A DNA stretch of 64,000 nucleotides. It comes from Azospirillum sp. (GTDB lineage Bacteria; Pseudomonadota; Alphaproteobacteria; Azospirillales; Azospirillaceae). Shown in pieces: positions 8,960 through 17,898 of this stretch. The translations under genes and the position numbers were made by a program. The notes under the pieces were generated by a model, which saw nothing but the letters and a program-made list of their open reading frames with translations, made no database searches and was not told the DNA's origin. Position 1 is the stretch's first letter, and each line of letters opens with the position of its first letter. The DNA lies in the NCBI GenBank assembly GCA_027483805.1, contig JAIXTS010000109.1, positions 6,474-70,473 of the forward strand. Reading direction: 5' to 3'.

Positions 8960-10939
8960 ATGACCTGTCCGGTCTGCGCCGACGCAGGCCCCCACCGCCC
9001 GGCATTGACCCTGCCATCGGCCGGACCTGGCGGGGCCGACTGGCGCCTGCTTGAATGCCTGTCCTGCCAATCCCGGTTCTCAACCGACCGCCAGGGCGCC
9101 GACTATCATGGTGGTGACGTGCCGGACACGCCCTTTCTCCATTATTACATGGAACAGGGTGCCGGGCTGCGGCCCATGCTGGAACCGCTTGGTTTTGCAG
9201 AACCGGGACCGGGTCGGATGCTTGAAATCGGCGGTGGTTTCGGGTTTCCCAGCGATTATGTGCAAACCGTGCTGGGCTGGACCGCCAAAGGGTATGATCC
9301 GTCCGGTCTTGCCGTCATGGGCAAGCGCTATCTGGGCCTGGACATCACGCGGGACTATTGGACCAGCGACACCCCGCTGACCGAGCCGTTCGACGTCGCC
9401 TATGCGTCGGAAGTGATTGAACATATCCCCGAACCTGGCCCATTTCTGGCCGCCTTGCGTCGGGCCGTGGGCCAGCACGGGGTGGTGGCTCTCACCACGC
9501 CCAACGGCGCTGCCCTCAATCCTGGAACAACCCCCGGCATGCTGGTGCCGATCGCCAGTCCTGGCCTGCATGTGACGCTGTTCAGCGCCAAGGGCCTGGA
9601 ACTGGCCTTGCGGTCGGCCGGATTCCCCCATGTGCGGGTAGAGGAGGACGGCTCGCAGTTGCTCGCCTTCGCCAGCGAGGCGCCGCTGCCGGCGCCGCGC
9701 CGGCTCGATGACGGTCGCTATATCGACTATCTCTATCGTCGGATCGGCACGCCAGACCTGGCGCCGGCCCTGCTTTCGGGTTTGCGGTACCGGCTTCTCA
9801 AGGAGTTGGTCAATCTGGGCGATGCCGCCGGCGCCTTGCGGCTATATGCCGAAATGGCGGTGGCCCTGCGGGACCGTTTCGCCATCGATATCGAGAATCC
9901 GGCGACGCTGACCATGCCCGCCGCCTCAATTGAAAGCCGGGAATGGTTGTCCCTGCTGCCCGGCAACATCACCGGCCTGCTCTATTTCCGCGCCGTCCTG
10001 GCCAACAATGCCGAGGGCGACGCCCGGTCCGCCGCCCTTTATGCGGGGCGCGCCGCACAGGTGGGCGCCTCGCTGCGACAGGTTCTGCGGGCCGTCGGCA
10101 TCGAAGATGGTGAAACCGAAGCCCTGGCGATGGCAGCCATGCACCTGCATCTGTCGGCGGCGGCCGGGCTCGGCGCCGACACCGCCCCCCTGCTGTCGGC
10201 GGTGGAACGCGGGACGGAAGACACGGGCCTGCTGCTGCCGGCCGGTTTCCGATCCCGGCTGCGGCACCTGGTGGTGCGGGATCTGCGGGCCACACGGCAC
10301 CCGGCCTTGCTGTGGCGGGCCTTGTCGGTCATGGAACCAGCGCCGGCGGATGAGCTTTCCCTTCTGTCCGATGGGCTTGCCGCCGGCCTTCCCGTCGCAC
10401 CCGTCGCCGCCTTCGAGGCGCTGCAGACAGCGCCGGATGCCGACGCCGTCCGGCAGGCCCTGCGGGAGATATGGTGTACACCGGGAATCGGTGAGGCACC
10501 CGCCAGCCTTGCCCATGCCCGTAAACTGGCCTTGATCCGGCTTGTCCTGCTGGGGGCCTATTCCGACGCAGAAACATTGTTTGATCTCTGGGGTGACCAG
10601 ACGCTGGCCGCGGACCGGTCGGTCGCGGATGCCCTCGCCATCGCCGCCTCTGCCCGGCGACAGGGCCGCGGCGGCGGTGACATACCCGGTTTTGCCGCGA
10701 TTGAAACGGCCCCGGATGCGCCGTCGGTGAAGCAGGCGCTCTGGTCGGTCTGGACCCTGCCGGATGCCGGGGAAAACCCGGCAATTATCCGACAGGCGCG
10801 AAAACTGACCCTGATCCGACTCGTGCTGCTTGGTGCGTTCGCCGATGCCGAAGCGCTGTTTGACGTCTGGGAAGACCCTTCCCTGGCCAATGACGAGCCG
10901 GTCGCCACGGCCCTGGCCATCGCAGCCTCTGCCCGCTGA
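8960..10939 (+). CDS. Class I SAM-dependent methyltransferase with N-terminal CxxC…CxxC, a helical middle region and a tandemly duplicated C-terminal module
   Basis: CPVC…CLSC, LEIGGGFG, SEVIEHIPEP, LTTPNG; the ORF extends to 8861 and the start is uncertain. Confidence 0.8.
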   Translation: MTCPVCADAGPHRPALTLPSAGPGGADWRLLECLSCQSRFSTDRQGADYHGGDVPDTPFLHYYMEQGAGLRPMLEPLGFAEPGPGRMLEIGGGFGFPSDYVQTVLGWTAKGYDPSGLAVMGKRYLGLDITRDYWTSDTPLTEPFDVAYASEVIEHIPEPGPFLAALRRAVGQHGVVALTTPNGAALNPGTTPGMLVPIASPGLHVTLFSAKGLELALRSAGFPHVRVEEDGSQLLAFASEAPLPAPRRLDDGRYIDYLYRRIGTPDLAPALLSGLRYRLLKELVNLGDAAGALRLYAEMAVALRDRFAIDIENPATLTMPAASIESREWLSLLPGNITGLLYFRAVLANNAEGDARSAALYAGRAAQVGASLRQVLRAVGIEDGETEALAMAAMHLHLSAAAGLGADTAPLLSAVERGTEDTGLLLPAGFRSRLRHLVVRDLRATRHPALLWRALSVMEPAPADELSLLSDGLAAGLPVAPVAAFEALQTAPDADAVRQALREIWCTPGIGEAPASLAHARKLALIRLVLLGAYSDAETLFDLWGDQTLAADRSVADALAIAASARRQGRGGGDIPGFAAIETAPDAPSVKQALWSVWTLPDAGENPAIIRQARKLTLIRLVLLGAFADAEALFDVWEDPSLANDEPVATALAIAASAR

Positions 10940-11204
10940 TCCACCATATCCCCGCCAGGACAAGGCGGGGTACCCCCTTGGGGGCGGGTTTCCTTTGCTT
11001 TTCCAATCAAGCACATACGGGAGAGGCAAACGGCCCCCACGGCAAGGCCTAAGACTTTCGGTCGATGACTTGAATGTACCAACGGCATTGCACAAAACCG
11101 CTGCTGGTGGTAAATAAAGATAAAATTTGATGTGGCGGATTGGGCTGCCGGTGTCCCATATGTGGGCCGCGCCGGGTGTTCATTTTTGTAGATGGGGGTA
11201 GGTT

Positions 11205-12122
11205 ATGGCTACGTTGTCGGGCGGTCAGACGATCGCCACTGTGGGTGTGACGGCGCAGGAGAACACGCAGATTACGCAAATTCTGCAATCGACGTTCTCC
11301 AGCTCGACCGTCGTCAACACACAGGTCAACACCTCCACCGGTGGCAGCACCGTGCCGACCCAACCGCTCACCTTCGGCACTTTCGACGTCACCAGCGTTT
11401 CTAACGTGGTCCTGGCGCCCAGCTCCAACAACTCGGTCGTCATCGCTAACGTCAGTTCGGCGCCGACCACGACAGGGTCGGTGACCAATCTGGTCGTTGA
11501 TTCTTCGGCCGGCAGCGTGGTGATCCAGGGTACGGCGGCAGGCACCGTGACCGGCCTGATCCTGCCGAGCGGTGGTGGCGCCTCCCTGGTGGTTGGCGAC
11601 GCCGGGACGCAGGTTATTGATGGTTCGCGCAGCACCTCCAATCAGACCATCGTCACCGGCGTTGGTAACGACACCGTGGTGGCCGGCTCCGGCAATGACA
11701 GCGTTACGCTGGGTGATTTCGGTATGGCCAATGGTGGTAATGGTGCCGACACGTTGATTGGCGGCCTGGGCAGCGCGACGCTGGGCGGCGGCGGCGGCGC
11801 CGACAGTATCGTGGCGTCGTCGGGCGGCGGCGTGCTGATCGGCGAGTCGGGTAACGACACGATGGTGGGTGGCGCCGGTAAGGATGTCTTCATCTATACC
11901 AGCAGCGGCGGCAATGACGTCATTTCCGGCTTCGATCCGGCCAACGATACGCTGGGTCTTGCCAACTTCAACGATATCTCGGCCGCCGGTCTGTCGCTCC
12001 AGGACATCATCAACCGGGCCACTGTCTCTGGTGGTAACACCATCCTGACCATGCCCGACGGCTCGACCATCACGATTGCCGGCGTTACCGGCGTGAACGT
12101 CAATTGGTTCACGATGAAGTAA
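11205..12122 (+). CDS. Small RTX (Ca2+-binding nonapeptide repeat) protein, probable type I secretion substrate or surface-layer protein
   Basis: 305 aa; repeats TGVGNDTVV, AGSGNDSVT, GGNGADTLI, GGGGADSIV, GESGNDTMV, GGAGKDVFI, SSGGNDVIS; no N-terminal signal peptide; C-terminal DGSTITIAGV…F pattern typical of T1SS cargo. Confidence 0.9.
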   Translation: MATLSGGQTIATVGVTAQENTQITQILQSTFSSSTVVNTQVNTSTGGSTVPTQPLTFGTFDVTSVSNVVLAPSSNNSVVIANVSSAPTTTGSVTNLVVDSSAGSVVIQGTAAGTVTGLILPSGGGASLVVGDAGTQVIDGSRSTSNQTIVTGVGNDTVVAGSGNDSVTLGDFGMANGGNGADTLIGGLGSATLGGGGGADSIVASSGGGVLIGESGNDTMVGGAGKDVFIYTSSGGNDVISGFDPANDTLGLANFNDISAAGLSLQDIINRATVSGGNTILTMPDGSTITIAGVTGVNVNWFTMK

Positions 12123-12147
12123 AAAGCCGGTCCCCTTCAAGACCTTG

Positions 12148-12180
12148 GAAATGGCGGACTTTTGTCCGCCATTTCTGTTT
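12148..12180 (+). terminator. Rho-independent terminator after the RTX gene
   Basis: Perfect 12-bp stem GAAATGGCGGAC-TTTT-GTCCGCCATTTC followed by TGTTT. Confidence 0.8.
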
Positions 12181-12188
12181 GGTAGTCT

Positions 12189-13007
12189 GTGGTGACAAAA
12201 GTGGATCCGAATGTGGTGGTCATGTCGATAGCGAATGGGTTGGTCGCAACAGCAACGCGTGACGGCGGCGCTGATCGTTTCCGGTCGGTGCCACAAGTGC
12301 TCCAGTTGCCGGAAGGCCTGTACCTTGCTGCTCTGAAACCGACCGCACAGGCCCCGACACTGATCAACGGTGTCGCTTTCCCGGCCACACAGATTTCATC
12401 CATCCCGCAACCGGGCACAATCCCGCCCAGCATGCTGTACAAGGGGCATCTTGCGCCGGTCGTGTGGCTAAGCGGGCTGGATGTCGCCGTCATCACCGTG
12501 CCGGCCGGCGGATCGCCCCTGCTGGTCACGAATTATCTCTACGGACCGGAATTGCAGAAATCCGTGGATCTGGAGATCACGCGGCTGGATCGGGTTCAGA
12601 AGATACCCCCGGTGGGATTGATCGTTCACGCCCATATCCAACAGATGGGCGAACTGAAATTTGCGGCCGGTGAATGGGCCGCGACCGACGCCCCCTTCTG
12701 GATTGAGGCGTTGCAGCTGGAGGTTTCGCCCGGCATTGGTCAATTGCTGCAATACCGGGTACCGGGTGTCAGCACATCCGATGGCGCCTGGACACCGGCG
12801 CCGGGCCGAATCGGCGTTCCGGGTGGGCCGCCCTTGGCGGGCATCGCCTTCCGCCTGCTGCCCCCCCTCTCTGAAAGCCATCGGGTCGTCTATGCCGCCC
12901 GCTTCCTGCGTCACGGTGAAATCTCGGGCATGGATGGTGAGCCGTGCCGTTCGCCCCAGGCACAGGATCCGATGATTGCCGTCCGGGTGGCCGTTGTCCC
13001 CCGGTGA
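12189..13007 (+). CDS. Hypothetical protein with C-terminal ChW (hydrophobic-W)-like repeats
   Basis: 272-aa ORF, GTG start; HAHIQQMG…GEWAAT…WIEALQL and two weaker repeats. The domain call is by eye. Confidence 0.75.
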   Translation: MVTKVDPNVVVMSIANGLVATATRDGGADRFRSVPQVLQLPEGLYLAALKPTAQAPTLINGVAFPATQISSIPQPGTIPPSMLYKGHLAPVVWLSGLDVAVITVPAGGSPLLVTNYLYGPELQKSVDLEITRLDRVQKIPPVGLIVHAHIQQMGELKFAAGEWAATDAPFWIEALQLEVSPGIGQLLQYRVPGVSTSDGAWTPAPGRIGVPGGPPLAGIAFRLLPPLSESHRVVYAARFLRHGEISGMDGEPCRSPQAQDPMIAVRVAVVPR

Positions 13008-15807
13008 CGTACCGCCAACCGACGGTGGCGCGTCGGCTCTTTCTTCCACTGGACGGCCGGCGATACGGGCCCGCATCTTTAAGGCCATCGCGGATCAGGA
13101 TTTTGATCTGGCCACGGTGCTCGCCCAATATCTTTCGCGGCTGGAACCGATCCAGGCTGATGACCTGACGGTCGCCGCCGTCGCCTGGATTTGCCGGGGC
13201 GACACCGGCGTCGCCCGCCAGTTGCTGGATCGTGCGCTTGATCTTGATCCGCACCAGAAGATGGCGGCCATGGCTATGGCACGGGTGACGGGATGTCTGC
13301 CCGACTCCGCTCTGGTGGCATTACGCTGGCATGCGGAAACGGACCCGGAAGCGGTCAAGATGCTCGTGTCCCATGTCGCGGCCACCGGCGCCCCCCAGGC
13401 TTTTGTGGCCGCCCGCGACGTGCGGTGCCTTGTCCCGCCTGGGGCGTGGCATGTGGATCTGCGTTGGCGCCACCTGACCCTGGCGGAGGTTCGGCTGGAA
13501 CCTTCCGATCAGGTCCGGCAGGTCATCCTGCCCTGTCCGGGCCCCCTGCGCGGTATCATCGACCCCACCGTCCATCTGGATGGCGCCGCTCTGGCGCAGG
13601 GTGCGTTCCCCGCCGCCCTTCTGGCCGCGCCGCGCCTGACCGCCTCGGTACAGGCCATCAGTCCCCGCCTATGGCATGTCCAGGCGATGGATCTGGCGGC
13701 GCCGTCCCGGCCTGTTGCCGTGCAGTTGCGTGATGGTGGTCAGGTTCTGGGCCGCCATATCTGCGTGCCGGCCGCCGACCAGAACGCAACCGGTCTTGAA
13801 AGCTCACCCGTTCTTTCGATCGAAATTCCGGCGGACACCACCCATCCGGCCCTCCATGCCGAATTGACCGGTGAACCGTTGGGCCCGCCACCACCGGCCG
13901 GTCCGGATGATGGTATTGTCGATGTGATCGTGCCCGTGCATGGCGATCTTGATGCCACACGGGCCTGCTTCACGGCCCTTCTGTCCCTTGACCCTGGCAC
14001 CCCCATGCGGGTCATCGCCATTGATGACAGCGCTCCCGATCCCCGGATCAGTGCCCTGCTGAATGACCTGGCCCACCAGAGGCGTATCGCCCTGATCCGC
14101 AATCCCGGCAATCTGGGTTTTGTGCGGTCCGTCAATATCGGCATGGCCGCGCATCATGGGCGTGACGTCGTGCTGCTGAATGCCGATACGCTGGTGGCCG
14201 CGGGCTGGCTTGCCCGTCTGCGCCAGGCGGCCGGCGCAGCAGCGGATATCGGGACCATCACGCCCTGGTCCAATGACGCGACCATCTGTTCCTATCCGGC
14301 CGCCAATCGGCCGACCCCGCTCTCTGGCGTGGATGTGGCGATGCTGGACCGGCTGGCCGCCGCCACCCTGTCCCGTCAATCCATCCCTCTGCCCACCGCC
14401 ATTGGCTTCTGCATGTATATCCGCCGGGCATGTTTGGCACAGACCGGCTGGTTCGACGCCGATGCCTTCGGGACCGGTTATGGTGAAGAGAATGATTTCT
14501 GCCTGCGCGCAACCGCACGCGGATGGCGTCATCAGATGGCGATGGATGTCTATGTCGGGCATGTTGGCGGCGGCTCCTTTGGTGCGGCCAAGCAGGCCCG
14601 GATCGCATCCGCTCTGCGGGTCCTGGAACATCGCTACCCCGGATATGGGCAGGACATTCAGGCGTTCATTGCGGCCGATCCGCTGAAGCCGGCACGGCGC
14701 ATGCTGGATATCGCACAGGTGCGGCAAGCAGGAATCCGGCGTCCGCTGTTGATCCTGTGTGCGGCCCTGGGTGGCGGTACCGATCGTTTCATCCGGACAC
14801 AGATCGACCAGAACCGGCGCTCGGGGCGCGATGCGCTGATCCTGCGTCCCGAACAACAGGATGGAAGGATTACCCTGCGTCTGGAGGTTCCGGACCGACC
14901 AGCCCTTGCCAACCTTGTCTATGATCCGCAGACGGAACTGCCCCAGTTGCGCAGCGACCTCAACCAGTTGGGGGTGACTGAACTGGCGTTGCACCACGCC
15001 ATGCATCTGCCGCCGGCCCTGCTGCCGGTGCTGACCGCCTGGTTCCCCTTTCGGGCCTATGTCCATGATTATGGCTGGATCTGCCCCCGCTACACCCTGA
15101 TTGACGGCAGCGGGCGCTATTGCGGGGAACCGGAGCACGCGTCCATATGCGACCGCTGTGTCGCCGACCATGGTGACCTGATGGGCCTGGGCATGCCGGT
15201 GGCGGATTGGCGTGACCTGACGCGGACGGTTCTGACCTCGGCGCAGTCGGTCAGTTGTTCCAGTGGCGATTCCGTCACGCGTATGCGCCGCTACATGCCA
15301 GAGGCACGGTTTCAGGTTCAACCGGCGGAACCGACCCTGTCGCCGGCCCCGGTCCTGCGCTCCGTCGCCCCGCGCCGCCCATCGCAATCCCTGCGTATCG
15401 TGGTGCCCGGCGCCATTGGACAAAGCAAAGGGTATGATGTTCTGTTGGCCTGTGCCCGGGACGCCGCCCAACGGGGCCTGCCCTTGACGTTCCTGCTGCT
15501 GGGTTACAGCATGGATGACGATGCGCTTCTGGCCACCGGCCATGTGGAGGTGACGGGACGCTACCGGGAGGATGAAGTCCCTGCCCTGATGGCACAGTTG
15601 CGGCCACACATCGCCTTTTTACCATCCGTCTGGCCGGAGACCTGGTGCTATGCGCTGACCCATGTCATGTCCGAGGGATTGTTTGTGGTCGCCTTCGATC
15701 TGGGGGCGCAGGCCGAACGTTTACGCCAACGTGGCCATGGCATGCTGCTGCCGCTGGCCGCCGGGGCGACAGCCATCAATGATGCGCTGCTGCGCGCCGG
15801 CGATTGA
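12976..15807 (+). CDS. Multidomain glycosyltransferase: unknown N-terminal region, GT2 and GT4-like GT-B domain
   Basis: DVIVPVHG…IDD…LGFVRSVN…LLNADT…GFCMYIRR…GYGEENDF, then GGGTDRF…HDY…CPR…KGYDVL…PSVWPETWCYAL; start uncertain. Confidence 0.9.
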   Translation: MPSGWPLSPGDVPPTDGGASALSSTGRPAIRARIFKAIADQDFDLATVLAQYLSRLEPIQADDLTVAAVAWICRGDTGVARQLLDRALDLDPHQKMAAMAMARVTGCLPDSALVALRWHAETDPEAVKMLVSHVAATGAPQAFVAARDVRCLVPPGAWHVDLRWRHLTLAEVRLEPSDQVRQVILPCPGPLRGIIDPTVHLDGAALAQGAFPAALLAAPRLTASVQAISPRLWHVQAMDLAAPSRPVAVQLRDGGQVLGRHICVPAADQNATGLESSPVLSIEIPADTTHPALHAELTGEPLGPPPPAGPDDGIVDVIVPVHGDLDATRACFTALLSLDPGTPMRVIAIDDSAPDPRISALLNDLAHQRRIALIRNPGNLGFVRSVNIGMAAHHGRDVVLLNADTLVAAGWLARLRQAAGAAADIGTITPWSNDATICSYPAANRPTPLSGVDVAMLDRLAAATLSRQSIPLPTAIGFCMYIRRACLAQTGWFDADAFGTGYGEENDFCLRATARGWRHQMAMDVYVGHVGGGSFGAAKQARIASALRVLEHRYPGYGQDIQAFIAADPLKPARRMLDIAQVRQAGIRRPLLILCAALGGGTDRFIRTQIDQNRRSGRDALILRPEQQDGRITLRLEVPDRPALANLVYDPQTELPQLRSDLNQLGVTELALHHAMHLPPALLPVLTAWFPFRAYVHDYGWICPRYTLIDGSGRYCGEPEHASICDRCVADHGDLMGLGMPVADWRDLTRTVLTSAQSVSCSSGDSVTRMRRYMPEARFQVQPAEPTLSPAPVLRSVAPRRPSQSLRIVVPGAIGQSKGYDVLLACARDAAQRGLPLTFLLLGYSMDDDALLATGHVEVTGRYREDEVPALMAQLRPHIAFLPSVWPETWCYALTHVMSEGLFVVAFDLGAQAERLRQRGHGMLLPLAAGATAINDALLRAGD

Positions 15808-15858
15808 AGAACAGCAAAGAACCAAATCTCTTGCCCGTTGCTACAGCAGCCTTCGCCC

Positions 15859-16641
15859 TCAGCTTTTACGCCAGAAGGTGCCCGTCCAGTCGATGTCGAC
15901 CATCGGGTCTGCGATCCCCCGACGCTGACGGAAGTCACGGACCGCGTCCGCGCAGGCCGGCACGGCCCCGTGATCATCAATGATCACATATCCGCCGGAC
16001 GGAACGCGGTCGTACAAGGCGTCCAGCGCCACCATGGTGGATTCATAAAGATCGCCGTCCAGCCGCAAGACGGCAATGGACCGGACCGGGGCGTTGGGCA
16101 GCGTGTCGCGGAACCAGCCCTCGATAAAGCGGACCCGACCATCCAACAGGCCGAAACGCCGGAAATTCTCCTCCACCACGGCGCGCCCGGCCTTCAGATA
16201 GTCGATGGTGCTGAGATCCAGGCTGAATTCCCCCGGATAGCGTTCAAAGTCGGGCGCCGGCAAGCCCTGGAAACTGTCGGCCAACCAGACCCAGCGGTCC
16301 TGCGCGCCCAGCACATCCAGGACAGCCTTGGCGAAGATGCAGGCGCCGCCCCGCCAGACCCCGGTTTCGACCACGTCGCCGGGAACATCATCCGCCACGA
16401 CCTGTTCAATACAATGGCGCAGATTGTCCAGACGCTTTAATCCCGACATGGAATAGGCGCGCTGCGGCCAATCCCCGCCTTCGCCCCGGATCGCGCGCCT
16501 GACGGCAAGATCGTTCAGGTCGCGTTCGGCATAGTCGGGGCGGACGAACTGTGAACCATCATGGATGCTGATATTCACATAATCGGTCAGCACCTGCGCC
16601 AGCAGCGAAAGGTACCGCTCCTGCGAAGGATCAACGGGCAT
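15859..16641 (-). CDS. TylF/MycF/NovP-family sugar O-methyltransferase
   Basis: GDVVETGVWRGG, ADSFQGLP, GWFRDTLP, LRLDGDLYEST, IIDD; start placed at MPVDPS (16641). Confidence 0.93.
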   Translation of the reverse strand: MPVDPSQERYLSLLAQVLTDYVNISIHDGSQFVRPDYAERDLNDLAVRRAIRGEGGDWPQRAYSMSGLKRLDNLRHCIEQVVADDVPGDVVETGVWRGGACIFAKAVLDVLGAQDRWVWLADSFQGLPAPDFERYPGEFSLDLSTIDYLKAGRAVVEENFRRFGLLDGRVRFIEGWFRDTLPNAPVRSIAVLRLDGDLYESTMVALDALYDRVPSGGYVIIDDHGAVPACADAVRDFRQRRGIADPMVDIDWTGTFWRKS

Positions 16642-17001
16642 ATGATTTTCCCCTGGGCCGCAGCATGGCCAATCGACAATGCGTGACTGTTGTCGCTCAG
16701 CGACGGCAACAGCCCGGTGTCCACGACAGAATATTGCCACATCAGGGCAAGATTCCCATGTGGCAGCGGACCACCGCCATGGTTTATGAGGGTTCTAACA
16801 ATGTGGTATCCTCCCGACAATAGGTTTCAGCATGTCGAAACACCCATGGAAGCCGCTGAATTGCCAATGAAAACCACCTTCGACCCTGGCTTCGCGGATT
16901 GTCCGGTACCAATGGCAGCGCTGTAACATGGCCCCTCGATCCATCACCGGCCTGCCCGTGCCGGCCCCCCGTTCTGGCGGCGTGATCGCGGGCGGCAAGG
17001 C

Positions 17002-17844
17002 ATGAAACCCGTCCATTCGGCGATCATCCGGGCCGATCTCGGCCCGTTGGGACCCTTCACCACCATCTGGCGGCACCGGACGCTGATCGGGCGTCTGACA
17101 CGCCGGGAACTGGCGGGTCGCTATCGCGGCTCATTGCTTGGGCTGGTCTGGGCGGTTCTCACGCCACTGCTGATGCTGGCGGTCTATACGTTCGTATTCT
17201 CCACCGTGTTTCAGTCGCGGTGGACCGGGTCGGTGGAGCAGCAGCCGGGGGAATACGCGCTGTTCCTGTTCGCGGGCCTGACCCTGTTTAACATCCTGGC
17301 GGAAAGCCTGAACAGGTCGCCGGGACTGATGCTGGAAAATGTCAGCTACATCAAAAAAGTCGTCTTCCCTCTGGAAGTGATGCCGGTCGTCATCCTGGCG
17401 GGCGCGCTGGTCAATGCCGGGATCAGCATGCTGGTGCTGGTGGCGTTCTATATCCCCTATCGCGGCCTACCACCTGAAAGCGCCCTGCTGGCGCCGTTGG
17501 TGCTTCTTCCCTTCTGTCTTCTGGCCTTGGGCCTTTGCTGGTTCCTGGCTGCGGCAGGTGTGTTTCTGCGCGATATCCGGCAGTTCATCGGCGTTCTGGT
17601 CACCCTGCTGCTGTTTCTCAGCCCGGTCTTCTACCCGGCGGGCGGGGTTCCGGAGAAGCTGGATATCCTGCTGGCCGTGAACCCGCTGACACCCCTGCTG
17701 GAGCAGTGGCGGGCCTGCCTTTTTGAAGGCAAGGGCCTTGATCCCTGGGGCTTTCTCCAGGCCGCGGGGCTGGGCTGGCTGGCGGCCTGGCTGGGACATT
17801 TGTTTTTTGCCAAGGCCCGCGACGGTTTCGCCGATGTCGTATAA
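17002..17844 (+). CDS. wzm: Polysaccharide ABC exporter permease Wzm
   Basis: RELAGRYRGSLLGLVWAVLTPLLML, IKKVVFP, SPVFYP, NP…; six hydrophobic segments. Confidence 0.95.
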   Translation: MKPVHSAIIRADLGPLGPFTTIWRHRTLIGRLTRRELAGRYRGSLLGLVWAVLTPLLMLAVYTFVFSTVFQSRWTGSVEQQPGEYALFLFAGLTLFNILAESLNRSPGLMLENVSYIKKVVFPLEVMPVVILAGALVNAGISMLVLVAFYIPYRGLPPESALLAPLVLLPFCLLALGLCWFLAAAGVFLRDIRQFIGVLVTLLLFLSPVFYPAGGVPEKLDILLAVNPLTPLLEQWRACLFEGKGLDPWGFLQAAGLGWLAAWLGHLFFAKARDGFADVV

Positions 17845-17898
17845 TGCCAAGCCAAGGGCGCGGCTGCGCCCGCCCGGCGCCTGCGGGTCGGAAAGGGA

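Noticed and set aside
10957-11002. Terminator after the methyltransferase gene
   Set aside because: A short CCCC-TTG-GGGG stem and a T-rich tail are present, but the outer pairing is poor; not confidently callable.
11205-12122. RTX cytolysin/toxin
   Set aside because: There is no hydrophobic pore-forming domain, no acyltransferase (HlyC-type) gene and no enzymatic domain; only RTX repeats and a Ser/Thr-rich region.
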